Shown in pieces: positions 44,611 to 54,398 of a DNA stretch of 64,000 nucleotides (the first letter of the stretch is position 1; each line of letters starts with the position of its first letter). The notes beneath the pieces were generated by a model. The model did not search any database, was not told the DNA's origin, and saw only the letters and a list, made by a program, of their open reading frames with translations. This DNA comes from Vicinamibacterales bacterium. GTDB taxonomy: Bacteria; Acidobacteriota; Vicinamibacteria; Vicinamibacterales; UBA8438. Made by a program: the position numbers and the translations under genes. The stretch spans positions 3,464,383-3,528,382 of the forward strand of contig CBDEVO010000003.1 of NCBI GenBank assembly GCA_965243615.1, read 5' to 3'.

Positions 44611-47160
44611 TCACCGGCGGCGCAGCACGAGGCAGGTCATGTCGTCGGCGGCGGGGGCCCCGGTCGAGTAGGTCCCGATCTCGCTCCAGACACGGTCCAC
44701 GATCTCCGCGGTGGACCGTTGCGACGCGCCGTCCAGGGTGGCTTCCAGGCGTTCCTTTCCGAACAGGGCGCCGCTGAGGTCCACGGCGTCGGTCAGGCCG
44801 TCCGTATAGATGAACAGGGTCTCGCCCGGCTGTATCACCTCGCTGCCGCTCGCGTACTCGAAGTCGTCCATCAGCCCCATGGCCAGCCCCTGGGTCATGG
44901 GGAGGGGGCGGCGCCGATCGTCGGGGCCGACGACGTAGGCGGGCTCGTGCCCGGCGCACACGTAGTCGAACCGGCCGCTCTCCACGTCGAGGACCCCGAG
45001 CACGCAGGTCACGAAGAGCCCCATCGGGTTCTGCTGGCACAGCCGCCGGTTGGCCTCGTTGGCGATGGTGGAGATGCCGGTGTGCTCGGCGAACGCCCCC
45101 ATCACCGCGGACTGCGACGCCGCCATGAACAGGGCGGCGGCGACCCCCTTGCCGGACACGTCGCCGAGGACGAAGGACAGCTTGCCGCCCGACGCGTCCG
45201 TGAACTCGACGAAGTCGCCGCCGATCTGCTGGGCCGGCGTCATCCGCGCCGACACCGAGAAGGCCCCGAACTCGGCGTCGCCCTCGCGCACGAGCGCTTC
45301 CTGTACGACCTTGGCCATCGACAGGTCCTGCTTGATGGCCTCGTGCGCGATCTGCAGGCGCTGGTTGCTCGTCCGCAGCTCCCGGGTGCGCGCCGCCACC
45401 ATGGTCTCCAACTGCTCCTCGCGGTTGAAGACCTGCACGGTCATGTCGGAGAAGACCCGGGCGAGGCTGCCGAGCTCGTCGGTGCGGCTGGTCACCTCCC
45501 GCATCGCCTCGTTGTCGGGCGGCTTTCCGGTCTCGACCTGCCGGGCGGCGTCGGCGATGACCGCGATGGGATGGGTCAGCCAGCGTGTGCCTCCCGCCGC
45601 CGCGAAGCCGGTGAGGGCCAGGAGCACGAACGCGATGCCGACGGTGTTCAGGGTCTCGCCACGCACCGTGTCGGCGATGTCGTCCAGGCTGACGGCGATG
45701 GCGAGGCCCCCGATCGGAATCCCGCCGGTGTTGATGAGGGGCGAGGCGACCCAGATGCCGCTGTCCTCGGAAGAAAACGGGTTCAGGCTCACGGCGCTGA
45801 CGACGCGCCCCTGGTCCATGGCGGTGTCCATGACCCCGGCGGCGCGGTCCTCGAACAGCCCCCAGGCGCTGAGGCCGTCGCTGGTCTGCACCTCGGCCCG
45901 CCGCGCGGCGGCGGCCAGCTCGCGATCGAGGTTGACGACCCAGAGGGCGTCGAGGTCCTGGTTGCCGGAACGGACCAGGACGTCCGCCTCTCGCTGGTAC
46001 ACCGAGTAGAGCAGGTTGCCGCCCGACGCGCTCTCGATGGGAATGCCGACCTGCACGCGGCGACCCGCGTCGCCGGTGGCGACGGTGACGTACTTGTACA
46101 GGGCGCCGTCGGACGGCCGCGGCGCCGTCGGATGCTCAACGACGCCGCCCGATTCATCGATCAGCTCGCCGAGGTCCCCGGGACGGACGAGGGCCGCCTC
46201 GGCCGCGCCCGCGGCGGGTGGCAGCAGGCTCGAGTAGTGGGGGACGTTGTTCGCGTCGGTGACGCGGATTTCGCCGATCACGGTCTCGGTGGCGAGGCGC
46301 CGCAGCCGGAACTCGATGTCGTCCCGCGTCCATTCCGCCGCCTCGGCGGCGGCGATGAAGCGCTCCAGCATGGTCGCCTGGGCCGCCATCTGCTGGCCCA
46401 GGATGCCCTCGATGATGGCGGAAACGTCGGCCCGCTCGGACGTGTAGCGGCTCGTCAGGATCTCCTGGTCGCTGAAGACGATGTTGTTGCCGACCTGGAC
46501 GATCCGCTCCTGGTCGACCCCGCCGACCCCGACGTACTTGTAGACCTGGTTGTCGATTTCCCGCACCTGGGCGGGCTGCGTGATCACGTCGGCGTCGTCG
46601 ATGCCGTCGAGCAGCACGTAGAACTTCGACGCCTGCGGCTGCACCGCCGGATCGAAACTGAACGTGAACGGCACGAGCCGGCCCCGATCGTCCCGGACGT
46701 TGGTGAGGTAGGAGAACGCCCTCTCGTCGGTGATCCAGAACTCGTCGAGCACCGTCTCGGCGACGATGCCCTCGAGGACGCGGATGATGCGGGGTGGGTT
46801 CCACCCGGCCGCCTCCGCCGCCGCCGTGAGGTGGGCGGCGATGCGGGCCTGGGCGATCATCTGCGGGTCGAGGGTCACGTCCAGCGTCCGCGCGACGTTG
46901 GCCACGGAGATCTCGCCCATCTCCGCGAAGCTCGCGGAGAACAGCTCGGACAGGTTGACCGCGTTCGCCTCGGCCTCGTCCTGCAGGGTGGCGGCGGCGT
47001 TGTAGAGGAGGGTGGCCGAGGTGGCCACGATGGTCACCGCCAACAGCAGGGCGAGGGCGAGAAACACGCGCACCGCGAGCCGCAGCCGCACGCGCGGCTG
47101 CGATTCCGAGCTGGGAACCGAAAGCGTGTCCTCGGCGGTACGAATGGTTGCGACTCCCAT
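44611..47160 (-). CDS. Membrane SpoIIE/PP2C phosphatase with HAMP and duplicated periplasmic sensor domain
   Basis: Two TMs, HAMP (DELGSLARVF), GGDF, GDVSGKG, YTDG, DDMT. Confidence 0.92.
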   Translation of the reverse strand: MGVATIRTAEDTLSVPSSESQPRVRLRLAVRVFLALALLLAVTIVATSATLLYNAAATLQDEAEANAVNLSELFSASFAEMGEISVANVARTLDVTLDPQMIAQARIAAHLTAAAEAAGWNPPRIIRVLEGIVAETVLDEFWITDERAFSYLTNVRDDRGRLVPFTFSFDPAVQPQASKFYVLLDGIDDADVITQPAQVREIDNQVYKYVGVGGVDQERIVQVGNNIVFSDQEILTSRYTSERADVSAIIEGILGQQMAAQATMLERFIAAAEAAEWTRDDIEFRLRRLATETVIGEIRVTDANNVPHYSSLLPPAAGAAEAALVRPGDLGELIDESGGVVEHPTAPRPSDGALYKYVTVATGDAGRRVQVGIPIESASGGNLLYSVYQREADVLVRSGNQDLDALWVVNLDRELAAAARRAEVQTSDGLSAWGLFEDRAAGVMDTAMDQGRVVSAVSLNPFSSEDSGIWVASPLINTGGIPIGGLAIAVSLDDIADTVRGETLNTVGIAFVLLALTGFAAAGGTRWLTHPIAVIADAARQVETGKPPDNEAMREVTSRTDELGSLARVFSDMTVQVFNREEQLETMVAARTRELRTSNQRLQIAHEAIKQDLSMAKVVQEALVREGDAEFGAFSVSARMTPAQQIGGDFVEFTDASGGKLSFVLGDVSGKGVAAALFMAASQSAVMGAFAEHTGISTIANEANRRLCQQNPMGLFVTCVLGVLDVESGRFDYVCAGHEPAYVVGPDDRRRPLPMTQGLAMGLMDDFEYASGSEVIQPGETLFIYTDGLTDAVDLSGALFGKERLEATLDGASQRSTAEIVDRVWSEIGTYSTGAPAADDMTCLVLRRR

Positions 47161-47248
47161 GGCGCATCCGCGCCGTGATGCCTCATCAGGCGCCGACCGA
47201 TGATACCACCGTTCGGCGGCCGTACACCCCCCCCAGACTAGGAGGGGC

Positions 47249-47455
47249 TGCCGTCCCGCGCACAGGTGGAGGCGGGGACAACACCCGCGACCTGGACCGG
47301 CGCCGCGCGTGCCGTCCCGCGCACGCGCGGAGGCGGGGCTTCGCCTCGGCGCTCGGGACCTGACGGAGGTACCGTCCCGACCGCGGGCCGAGGCGGCCGC
47401 TCTCTGTCCGGGGCCCGGCGGGGCGGACCGCCCGGCTCCGCGGGCCGAGGCGGTC
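47249..47455. repeat. Degenerate array of four ~29-bp hairpin repeats at ~60-bp period
   Basis: TGCCGTCCCGCGCAC....GGAGGCGGGG at 47249 and 47310; degenerate copies at 47370 and 47427; intervening sequences differ. Confidence 0.55.
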
Positions 47456-47479
47456 CGCGAGACGGACGTCGCGGCCCGG

Positions 47480-49615
47480 TCAGTTCAGGCCGCGCCGCAC
47501 TAGCAGCGGACCGATGTCGGGCTCCGCGCCCCGGAACGCGCGGAAGAGGTCCAGCGCCTCGATGCTGCCGCCCTTCGACAGGAGCGTGTCCCGGAAGTGG
47601 TCGCCGTTCTCGCGCAGCAGGCCGCCGTTCTCCTTGAACCACTCGACGGAGTCGGCGTCGAGCACCTCGCTCCAGATGTAGGAGTAGTAGCCGGCCGAGT
47701 AACCGCTGCTCCAGATGTGCGAGAAGTAGGTGCTGCGGTAGCGCGGCGGCACCGTCTCGAGGGCGACCCCGGCCGCCGCGAGGGCGGCCGCCTCGAACGC
47801 CTCGACGCCGGCCGCGTCGGGGACCTCGTCGGCCGTGAGCTGATGCCAGGCCATGTCGAGGAGCGACGCCGCGAGGTACTCGGTGGTGGCGAAGCCCTGG
47901 TTGAACTGCTGCGTCGCCAGCACCCTGTCGAGGAGGTCCGCCGGCATCGGCTCGCCGGTCTCGTGGTGGACGGCGTAGTTCCTCAGGACCTCGGGCCAGG
48001 TGGCCCACATCTCGTGGACCTGCGAGGGGTACTCGACGAAGTCGCGCGGTACCGAGGTGCCCGCGAAGTAGGGATAGCGCACGTCCGAGAAGAAGCCGTG
48101 CAGGGCGTGCCCGAACTCGTGGAACATCGTCGTGACCTCGTCGAAGGTCAGCAGCGTCGGCTCGCCGTCGGGCGGCTTCGGCACGTTCAGGTGGTTGCCC
48201 ACCACCGGCAACGTCCCGAGCAGGTGCGACTGCGACACGTACGCGTTCATCCACGCGCCGCCCCGCTTGGACGGCCGGGCGTAGAAGTCGCCGATGAACA
48301 GCCCCAGCGGCTCGCCGCCGACGTCGAACACCTCCCACACCCGGACGTCCGGGTGGTAGACGGGCAGCTCCGGCCGCGCCTCGAACGTCAGGCCGTAGAG
48401 CCGGGTGGCGGAGAAGAACACGCCGTTCTCGAGCACGTTGTCGATCTCGAAGTAGGGCCGGAGCTGCGACTCGTCGAAGGCGTAGCGTTCCGCCCGCACC
48501 TTCTCCGTGTAGTAGGACCAGTCCCACGCGGCGAGCGCCAGGTCGGCGCCATCCGCCGCCGCCATCGCCTGCAGGTCGGCCGCCTCGCGCTCCGCGTTGG
48601 CGACCGCGGGCGGGGCGAGGCTCGCGAGCCGCTCGTTGACGGCGTCCACGGTCCGGGCCGTCTGCCGCTCCAGGATGTAGGCGGCGTGGTTGGGGTAGCC
48701 GAGCATGGCCGCGCGCTCGGCCCGCAGCCGGGCCATCTCGGTGATGACGCCCCGGTTGTCGTACTCGCCGCCCTGGCTGCCGCGGGCGAGCGAGGTCCGC
48801 ATGATGCGCTCGCGGAGGGCGCGGTCCTCGAGCGCGGCCAGGGCCGGCTGCCCGCTCGTGTTGAGCAGCGGGATGACGTACCGGTCCTCGAGGTCGCGCG
48901 CCGCCGCCGCCGCCTCGGCCGAAGCGACCTGACCCTCGGACAGCCCCGCCAGCTCCTCGCGCGACTCGACCACCACGGCCGAGGCGTTCACCTCGTCGAG
49001 CACGTTCTGGGTGAACCGGCTCGACAGCGCCGCCAGTCGCGCGTTGATGGCCTGCATCCGCTCCTTCTCGGCGTCGGAGAGCCGCGCCCCGGCCCGCACG
49101 AAGTCGACGTAGTACTCTCCGACGAGCCGCCGCGACTCGTCGTCGAGGCCGAGCGCGTCTCGCTGCTCGTACAGCGCCTCGACCCGCGCGAACAGGCCCG
49201 CGTCGAGCAGCATGCGGTCGGTATGGGCGGCGAGGCGCGGGGCCATCTCGCTGCGAATTGCGTTGATGGCGTCGTTGGTGTCGGCGCTGGAGAGCGCGAA
49301 GAACGTCGCCGCGACGCGGTTCAGCAACTGGCCCGACCGTTCGAGGGCCACGATGGTGTTGTCGAACGTCGGGGGTTCCGAGGACCCCGCGATTGCCTCG
49401 ATCTCGGCGATCTGGTCCGCCATCCCCCGCTCGAACGCCGGCGCGTAGTGCGCGTCGTCGATGCGGTCGAACGGCGGATGCTGATGGGGGAGCGGGCTCT
49501 CGACGAAGAACGGGTTGTCGGCCATCTCTTCCTGTGCGGCTGCGTTGGGGGCGTTTCCGATGGCGGTCGCCAGCGCCAGAATCGCCGCCGTCGCCCGCGC
49601 GAGCTTCGATGTCAT
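47480..49615 (-). CDS. dcp: M3-family peptidyl-dipeptidase Dcp
   Basis: FHEFGHALH, RDFVEYPSQ, KRGGAWM, GYSAGYYSYIWSE; signal peptide. Confidence 0.92.
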   Translation of the reverse strand: MTSKLARATAAILALATAIGNAPNAAAQEEMADNPFFVESPLPHQHPPFDRIDDAHYAPAFERGMADQIAEIEAIAGSSEPPTFDNTIVALERSGQLLNRVAATFFALSSADTNDAINAIRSEMAPRLAAHTDRMLLDAGLFARVEALYEQRDALGLDDESRRLVGEYYVDFVRAGARLSDAEKERMQAINARLAALSSRFTQNVLDEVNASAVVVESREELAGLSEGQVASAEAAAAARDLEDRYVIPLLNTSGQPALAALEDRALRERIMRTSLARGSQGGEYDNRGVITEMARLRAERAAMLGYPNHAAYILERQTARTVDAVNERLASLAPPAVANAEREAADLQAMAAADGADLALAAWDWSYYTEKVRAERYAFDESQLRPYFEIDNVLENGVFFSATRLYGLTFEARPELPVYHPDVRVWEVFDVGGEPLGLFIGDFYARPSKRGGAWMNAYVSQSHLLGTLPVVGNHLNVPKPPDGEPTLLTFDEVTTMFHEFGHALHGFFSDVRYPYFAGTSVPRDFVEYPSQVHEMWATWPEVLRNYAVHHETGEPMPADLLDRVLATQQFNQGFATTEYLAASLLDMAWHQLTADEVPDAAGVEAFEAAALAAAGVALETVPPRYRSTYFSHIWSSGYSAGYYSYIWSEVLDADSVEWFKENGGLLRENGDHFRDTLLSKGGSIEALDLFRAFRGAEPDIGPLLVRRGLN

Positions 49616-49763
49616 GGTCGGATCCTCCCGGCGAATAGCTACATGCAAAGCTCCAACGATATCAGCTTTCGCCGCCGGCCGGGGGCGCCGGCCGGCGGGA
49701 GGGAAGTGCCACACGCAGGCGACGAATTGGCGGGCCGGGCGAGTTCGGGCGTAGGATCGAGTC

Positions 49764-50675
49764 ATGCGCCAGGGCCTTCCCGAGATCGTCGGCCTCCGCG
49801 CCGGCTCGACGCGGCTCGAGGTCGTTCCCGAAGTCGGTGGGTCCATCATCCGCTACGCCTCGGAACGCGCCGGCCGGACCTTCGAGTGGATGCGTCCCGC
49901 CGCGCCCGAGGCCCTCGCGGCCCGATCCGCCGGTGGGACGTCGAGCTTTCCGCTCGTGCCGTTCTCCAACCGCATCCGCGACGCGCGGTTCCGTTTCCGG
50001 GGCCGCGACGTCCAGCTTCCGCGGAACTTCCCGCCCGAGCCCCACGCCATCCACGGGCACGGCTGGCGGGCGCCGTGGACCCTCCTGGACCGGGCGGAGG
50101 CGGGGTTGACGGTGGAGTACCGCCACCCGGCCGGCGCATGGCCCTGGGCCTACGCGGCCCAGCAGACCTTCGACCTCACCGAAGAGCGCCTCCGGGTCCG
50201 TTTCGCGGTCACCAACGAGGCGCCCGACCCGATGCCCGTCGGCTTCGGGCTCCACCCCTACTTCGTCCGGACTCCGCGTGCCCTGGTGCGCGCCGACGTC
50301 GGCCCCATGTGGGAGGCCGACGAGAACGTCATGCCGGTCCGCATCGTGCCGCCGCCCCCGCAGCTCCTCCTCCGCGGCGCCGGGCTCGACCCCGACGCCA
50401 CCACCCTCGACAACAACTTCACGCGCTTCGGCGGGCGCGCGATCATCGAGTGGCCGGAGTGGTCGGCCCGGCTGCGCATCGACGCCGACCCCGTCTACGC
50501 CTGCCTCGTCGTCTACACCCCGGCCGGCCGGGACTTCTTCTGCGTCGAGCCCGCCACCAACTGCATCGAAGGCTTCAACATGGCCGAGCAGGGCCGCACC
50601 GACACCGGCCTCATCGTCCTGAACCCCGGCGACACCGCCGCCGGCGACGTGACGTTCACGCCCGAGCCGGCGTAG
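49764..50675 (+). CDS. Aldose 1-epimerase family protein
   Basis: PFSNRI, HAIHG, GLHPYF, FFCVEP. Confidence 0.9.
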   Translation: MRQGLPEIVGLRAGSTRLEVVPEVGGSIIRYASERAGRTFEWMRPAAPEALAARSAGGTSSFPLVPFSNRIRDARFRFRGRDVQLPRNFPPEPHAIHGHGWRAPWTLLDRAEAGLTVEYRHPAGAWPWAYAAQQTFDLTEERLRVRFAVTNEAPDPMPVGFGLHPYFVRTPRALVRADVGPMWEADENVMPVRIVPPPPQLLLRGAGLDPDATTLDNNFTRFGGRAIIEWPEWSARLRIDADPVYACLVVYTPAGRDFFCVEPATNCIEGFNMAEQGRTDTGLIVLNPGDTAAGDVTFTPEPA

Positions 50676-50826
50676 CGGGCCGCTGCAAGCCGGCGTGGGC
50701 CATCCGAGGTCGGTCAGGGTGGCAAGGGGAGTCGCAGGGAGTCCGGGTGGCCTCAGAGCTGGCAGCGCCTCTCGAATGTGCTCCCGGGGTCGCGATCGGC
50801 CGCGGACGCGAGCGTAGTCGCGGCAC

Positions 50827-51984
50827 TCAGCGAGTAGCCGACCACGCGCCGGCCCACAGCCGGTCCAGGAAATGGGCCCAGGGCAGGATGCTGACGCCGT
50901 CGACGCGCCGCGGCCGCGGTTCCAGCGACACGATCACGTAGTCGGCGCAGAGGCCTTCCTCGCGCAGGGCCTTGACGCCCCTCATGTCTCGCGCGCCCAC
51001 GTGCTTCTTCGCCTTCACCTCGACGGCCACGTCCTGGAACACGAAGTCGACCTCGAACTGCGACTTCGACCGCCAGTACCGCGGCGTGTCGAGCCGGTGG
51101 TGATCGCACCAGGCCTTGATCTCCTGGAAGATGAAGGTCTCGAAGGCCCGGCCGTACTCTGCCGTTCCCGGCGCCAGTCCCCGCCGGCCCTGGAGGTGGC
51201 GGGCGAGCCCGATGTCGAACAGGTAGTACTTGGACGTCGAGATTGCCTTGCGCTTCCGGGTGTCGGTGAACGCCGGTACCTCGTGGGCGATGAGGGTGTC
51301 CTTCAGAATCTGGTAGTACTCCCGAACCGTCGACGCCGGCACCTGCGCGTCGTTGGCCAGGTTGGCGAAGTTGATCATGTCGCCGTGCGCCAGCGCCGCG
51401 ACTTCGAGGAACCGGCTGAACGCGCCGATGTTCCTGACGATGGCCTCGGCCGCGACCTCCTCGCGGAGATAGTCGCCGGCGTAGGCGGCGAGATCCTCGA
51501 TCGGCGATTCGGAGAAGTAGATCGACGGTAGCAGGCCGCGGTCGAGCGCCCGGTCGAGGTCGAACCGGTCGCCGAGCTCGATCCGGAGGAACGGGTGCAG
51601 CGCGCGCGACCGCGCCCGGCCCCCCAGCAGGTTGACGCCCCTGCGCCGCAGGCGCCGCGCGCTCGACCCGGTCAGCAGGAACCGGACTCCGTGCTCCTCG
51701 ATCAGCAGGTGCACCTCGTTGAGCAGCTCCGGCATCCGCTGGATCTCGTCGATTACCGCGATGCCGGTCTCGGGCCGCTCGGCCAGCGACTCGCGGATCA
51801 GGCCCGGATTCCGGGAGAGGCGCAGGAACAGCGTCTGATCCAGCAGGTTCCAGACGGGGCAGTCGGCGAACTGCTGCCGGATCAGCGTCGACTTGCCGGA
51901 CTGCCGCGGGCCGAACAGGAAGCAGGACTTCTGCTCCACGACGGCCCGCAGGTCCAGGCGGCGGGGGATCACGGGCGGCGGCAT
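50827..51984 (-). CDS. AAA_14 ATPase with DUF4143 C-terminal domain
   Basis: GPRQSGKST, IDEIQ, LTGSS, KYYLFDIG, EVDFV..AVEVK. Confidence 0.9.
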   Translation of the reverse strand: MPPPVIPRRLDLRAVVEQKSCFLFGPRQSGKSTLIRQQFADCPVWNLLDQTLFLRLSRNPGLIRESLAERPETGIAVIDEIQRMPELLNEVHLLIEEHGVRFLLTGSSARRLRRRGVNLLGGRARSRALHPFLRIELGDRFDLDRALDRGLLPSIYFSESPIEDLAAYAGDYLREEVAAEAIVRNIGAFSRFLEVAALAHGDMINFANLANDAQVPASTVREYYQILKDTLIAHEVPAFTDTRKRKAISTSKYYLFDIGLARHLQGRRGLAPGTAEYGRAFETFIFQEIKAWCDHHRLDTPRYWRSKSQFEVDFVFQDVAVEVKAKKHVGARDMRGVKALREEGLCADYVIVSLEPRPRRVDGVSILPWAHFLDRLWAGAWSATR

Positions 51985-52010
51985 GTCATGACAATCAGCA
52001 ATAGCGCCGC

Positions 52011-52031
52011 TGTTCATCATGACGATGAACA
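52011..52031. promoter_or_regulatory. Palindromic operator-like site upstream of the AAA-DUF4143 gene
   Basis: TGTTCATC-ATGAC-GATGAACA in an AT-rich patch. Confidence 0.5.
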
Positions 52032-52143
52032 ATACTCACGTCAACCGCCTTGCAGGCGGGGATCGATTGCGATTGGTCCGGAATCCGACCACCGACTCTC
52101 ACCGGCTCGGTCCCGGCGGACCGAAACCACGGTGCAGGTCCCG

Positions 52144-53040
52144 TCAGTCGGCCGTCAGCTCGTCGTACACGCCCTGAATCCGCACCGGCGCGAGGGGCCA
52201 GTCGAGGTCGGTGGTGTCGACGCGGGAGGCGATGTCGTCGCGGGTCGCGCCGGCCGCGATCTCGGCGCGCACCCGGTCGAGGACCGTCTCGAGCTTCGCG
52301 CGGAAGGTGCGGACGTCGTCCTTGGCGAGGATCCCGCCGTGTCCGGGGATCACGGTGTCGAAGTCGAGCGCGAGGAGGCCGGTCAGGGTGCCCGGCCACT
52401 CGGCGGCGCTGCCGCCGTTGCCGTAGTCCCAGAACGGGGCCAGGGTGCTGCCGTCGAGGCGCTGGCCGTGGATGAACAGGTCGCCGGTGTGGACGGTGCG
52501 CAGGTCGGGGAAGTAGATGACCGCGTCGCCGTCGGTGTGGCCGCGGCCGAAGTGGAAGGCCTGCGCCTCGGCGTCGCCGAGGAACACCGCGGTCTCGTCG
52601 GCGAAGGTCACCCGCGGCGCGCCGGGCTGCTCGTTCCTGACGAAGTTGGCGCGGGCGTTGCGGTGGGCGATGACCTCGGCCGAGCGCATGAAGTCGGGGT
52701 TGCTGCCGGCGTGGTCGCCGTGGTGGTGGGTGTTCAGCACGTAGCGGATGGGCTGGTCGGTGACGCTGGCGACCTGGGCGATGATGAAATCGTAGCTGTA
52801 GGGGAACTTGTTGTCGACGATGATGACGCCCTCATCGGTCACCCGGACCGCGACGTTGCCGCCGGACTGCCCGCCGTCGAAGCCGGGGAGGACGTAGAGC
52901 CCGTCCTTCACCTCGCGGATCTGGAGCCGGGCCTCCTGCTCTGGGGTGAACGTCGGGCGCTGTTGCGCGGCGGTGAAGACGAGTCCGGTGCCGAGGGTGA
53001 GGAGGGCCGCCGACAGGCCGAGTCGTTGCCATGCGCGCAT
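52144..53040 (-). CDS. Secreted MBL-fold metallo-hydrolase
   Basis: NTHHHGDHAGSN, GHTDGD, HTGD, PGHG. Confidence 0.9.
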   Translation of the reverse strand: MRAWQRLGLSAALLTLGTGLVFTAAQQRPTFTPEQEARLQIREVKDGLYVLPGFDGGQSGGNVAVRVTDEGVIIVDNKFPYSYDFIIAQVASVTDQPIRYVLNTHHHGDHAGSNPDFMRSAEVIAHRNARANFVRNEQPGAPRVTFADETAVFLGDAEAQAFHFGRGHTDGDAVIYFPDLRTVHTGDLFIHGQRLDGSTLAPFWDYGNGGSAAEWPGTLTGLLALDFDTVIPGHGGILAKDDVRTFRAKLETVLDRVRAEIAAGATRDDIASRVDTTDLDWPLAPVRIQGVYDELTAD

Positions 53041-53331
53041 TGGGTTGTCTCCGAGAGAGCGGGCCGCGCCGCCGGGGCCGGCTCGGCGGCGCGGAAATCC
53101 GCGGGCGTGATGGACCCCGGCCGGCGGGCCGTCGACCGCCGGCGGGATGGCCCGACTTCAGTTGGGCCTCGACCGATACAAGACCTGCCAGGTCCAGCGA
53201 GTGCCGGAGGGCGAACTCGTCAGCCGCCCCCGGGTCACGTCAGGGCAACCTCCGCCGGTGTCCGCCGGCCAGCCGACACCTCCGACGTCGGTCGACGCCT
53301 GCCGTCGGCGGTTCCGCGCGAGCAGGCCCGC

Positions 53332-54387
53332 TCACTCCACGATGACGACGCCCCACGGGCGCACGCCGACCTCCACCCTCGCGACGACCTCGAGGGTCTC
53401 GGTGTCGACGACCGAGACGTCGTTCCCGGGGCCGTTCGCGGTGTAGAGATAACGCCCGTCCGGGCTGAGGTCGATGCCCCACGGCCGCTCGCCGACCTCC
53501 ACCTGCGTGATCGGCTCGTTGGTGGCGGTGTCGATGACCGCCACCGTGCGCCCGCGGCCGGTCGAGACGTAGAGCCGCGACCCGTCGGGCGAGACCTTGG
53601 CGTCCATCGGCCGCACCAGCTCACCGGTCAGCTCGATGGTCGCGATGACGGAGTGGTCGGCGGTGTCGACGACCGACACCGTGCTCCCGTTCTCGGCCGT
53701 GACGTAGCCGCGGGTGCTGTCGGGCAGGAAGGCGGACGAGCGCGGCCGGGCCCCGACGTCGAACACCGCCGCGACCTCGTGCGACTCGGTGTCGATGACC
53801 GAGACCTGGTTGTCGTTCTCCGACGTGACGTAGACCCAGCGGCCGTCGGGGCTGCGGGTCACGCCCTCGGGCTCGCCCCCGACCGGGAGCTGGGCGAGGA
53901 TCTCGCCGCTCTCGATGTCGACGATGCTCGCGAGCGCCGCGTCCTCGTTGGCGACGAAGACCCGGGTGCCGTCGAGGCTCACCGCCACCTGCTCGGGGTC
54001 GGTGCCCGCGTTCAGCACGTTCACCACCCGTCCCTCGGCGATGTCCACGATGCCGATGCCGTCGGCCGAGCGGTCGGGCGGGGGCAGCGTCGACAGGTCG
54101 GTCCCCGGCGGGGCCGGCGGCGAGCCGCTGAGGGCGACGAAGAGGCGCTCGCCGGCCGGATCGACCTTGATGCCCCGCGGGCGCTGGCCGAGGGGGATGG
54201 TCGCCATCACCTCGTGGGTGCCGCCCGCGATGACCGTCAGGTCGCCCGAGGTCTCGTTGGTGACGAACGCGCGGTACGGCGGGGGAGCCGCCGCCTCCTC
54301 CATCGGCGGGTCCGCGGCGGGCTCGGCGCCGCCGCAGGCGTTCAGGAGCAGGGGGATGGCGAGCGCGCGAATGTCCAGGTATCTCAT
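53332..54387 (-). CDS. YVTN/YncE beta-propeller lipoprotein
   Basis: Lipobox LLNAC; FVTN/FVAN/YVTS/YVTA repeats. Confidence 0.88.
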   Translation of the reverse strand: MRYLDIRALAIPLLLNACGGAEPAADPPMEEAAAPPPYRAFVTNETSGDLTVIAGGTHEVMATIPLGQRPRGIKVDPAGERLFVALSGSPPAPPGTDLSTLPPPDRSADGIGIVDIAEGRVVNVLNAGTDPEQVAVSLDGTRVFVANEDAALASIVDIESGEILAQLPVGGEPEGVTRSPDGRWVYVTSENDNQVSVIDTESHEVAAVFDVGARPRSSAFLPDSTRGYVTAENGSTVSVVDTADHSVIATIELTGELVRPMDAKVSPDGSRLYVSTGRGRTVAVIDTATNEPITQVEVGERPWGIDLSPDGRYLYTANGPGNDVSVVDTETLEVVARVEVGVRPWGVVIVE

Positions 54388-54398
54388 GACGGGACTCC

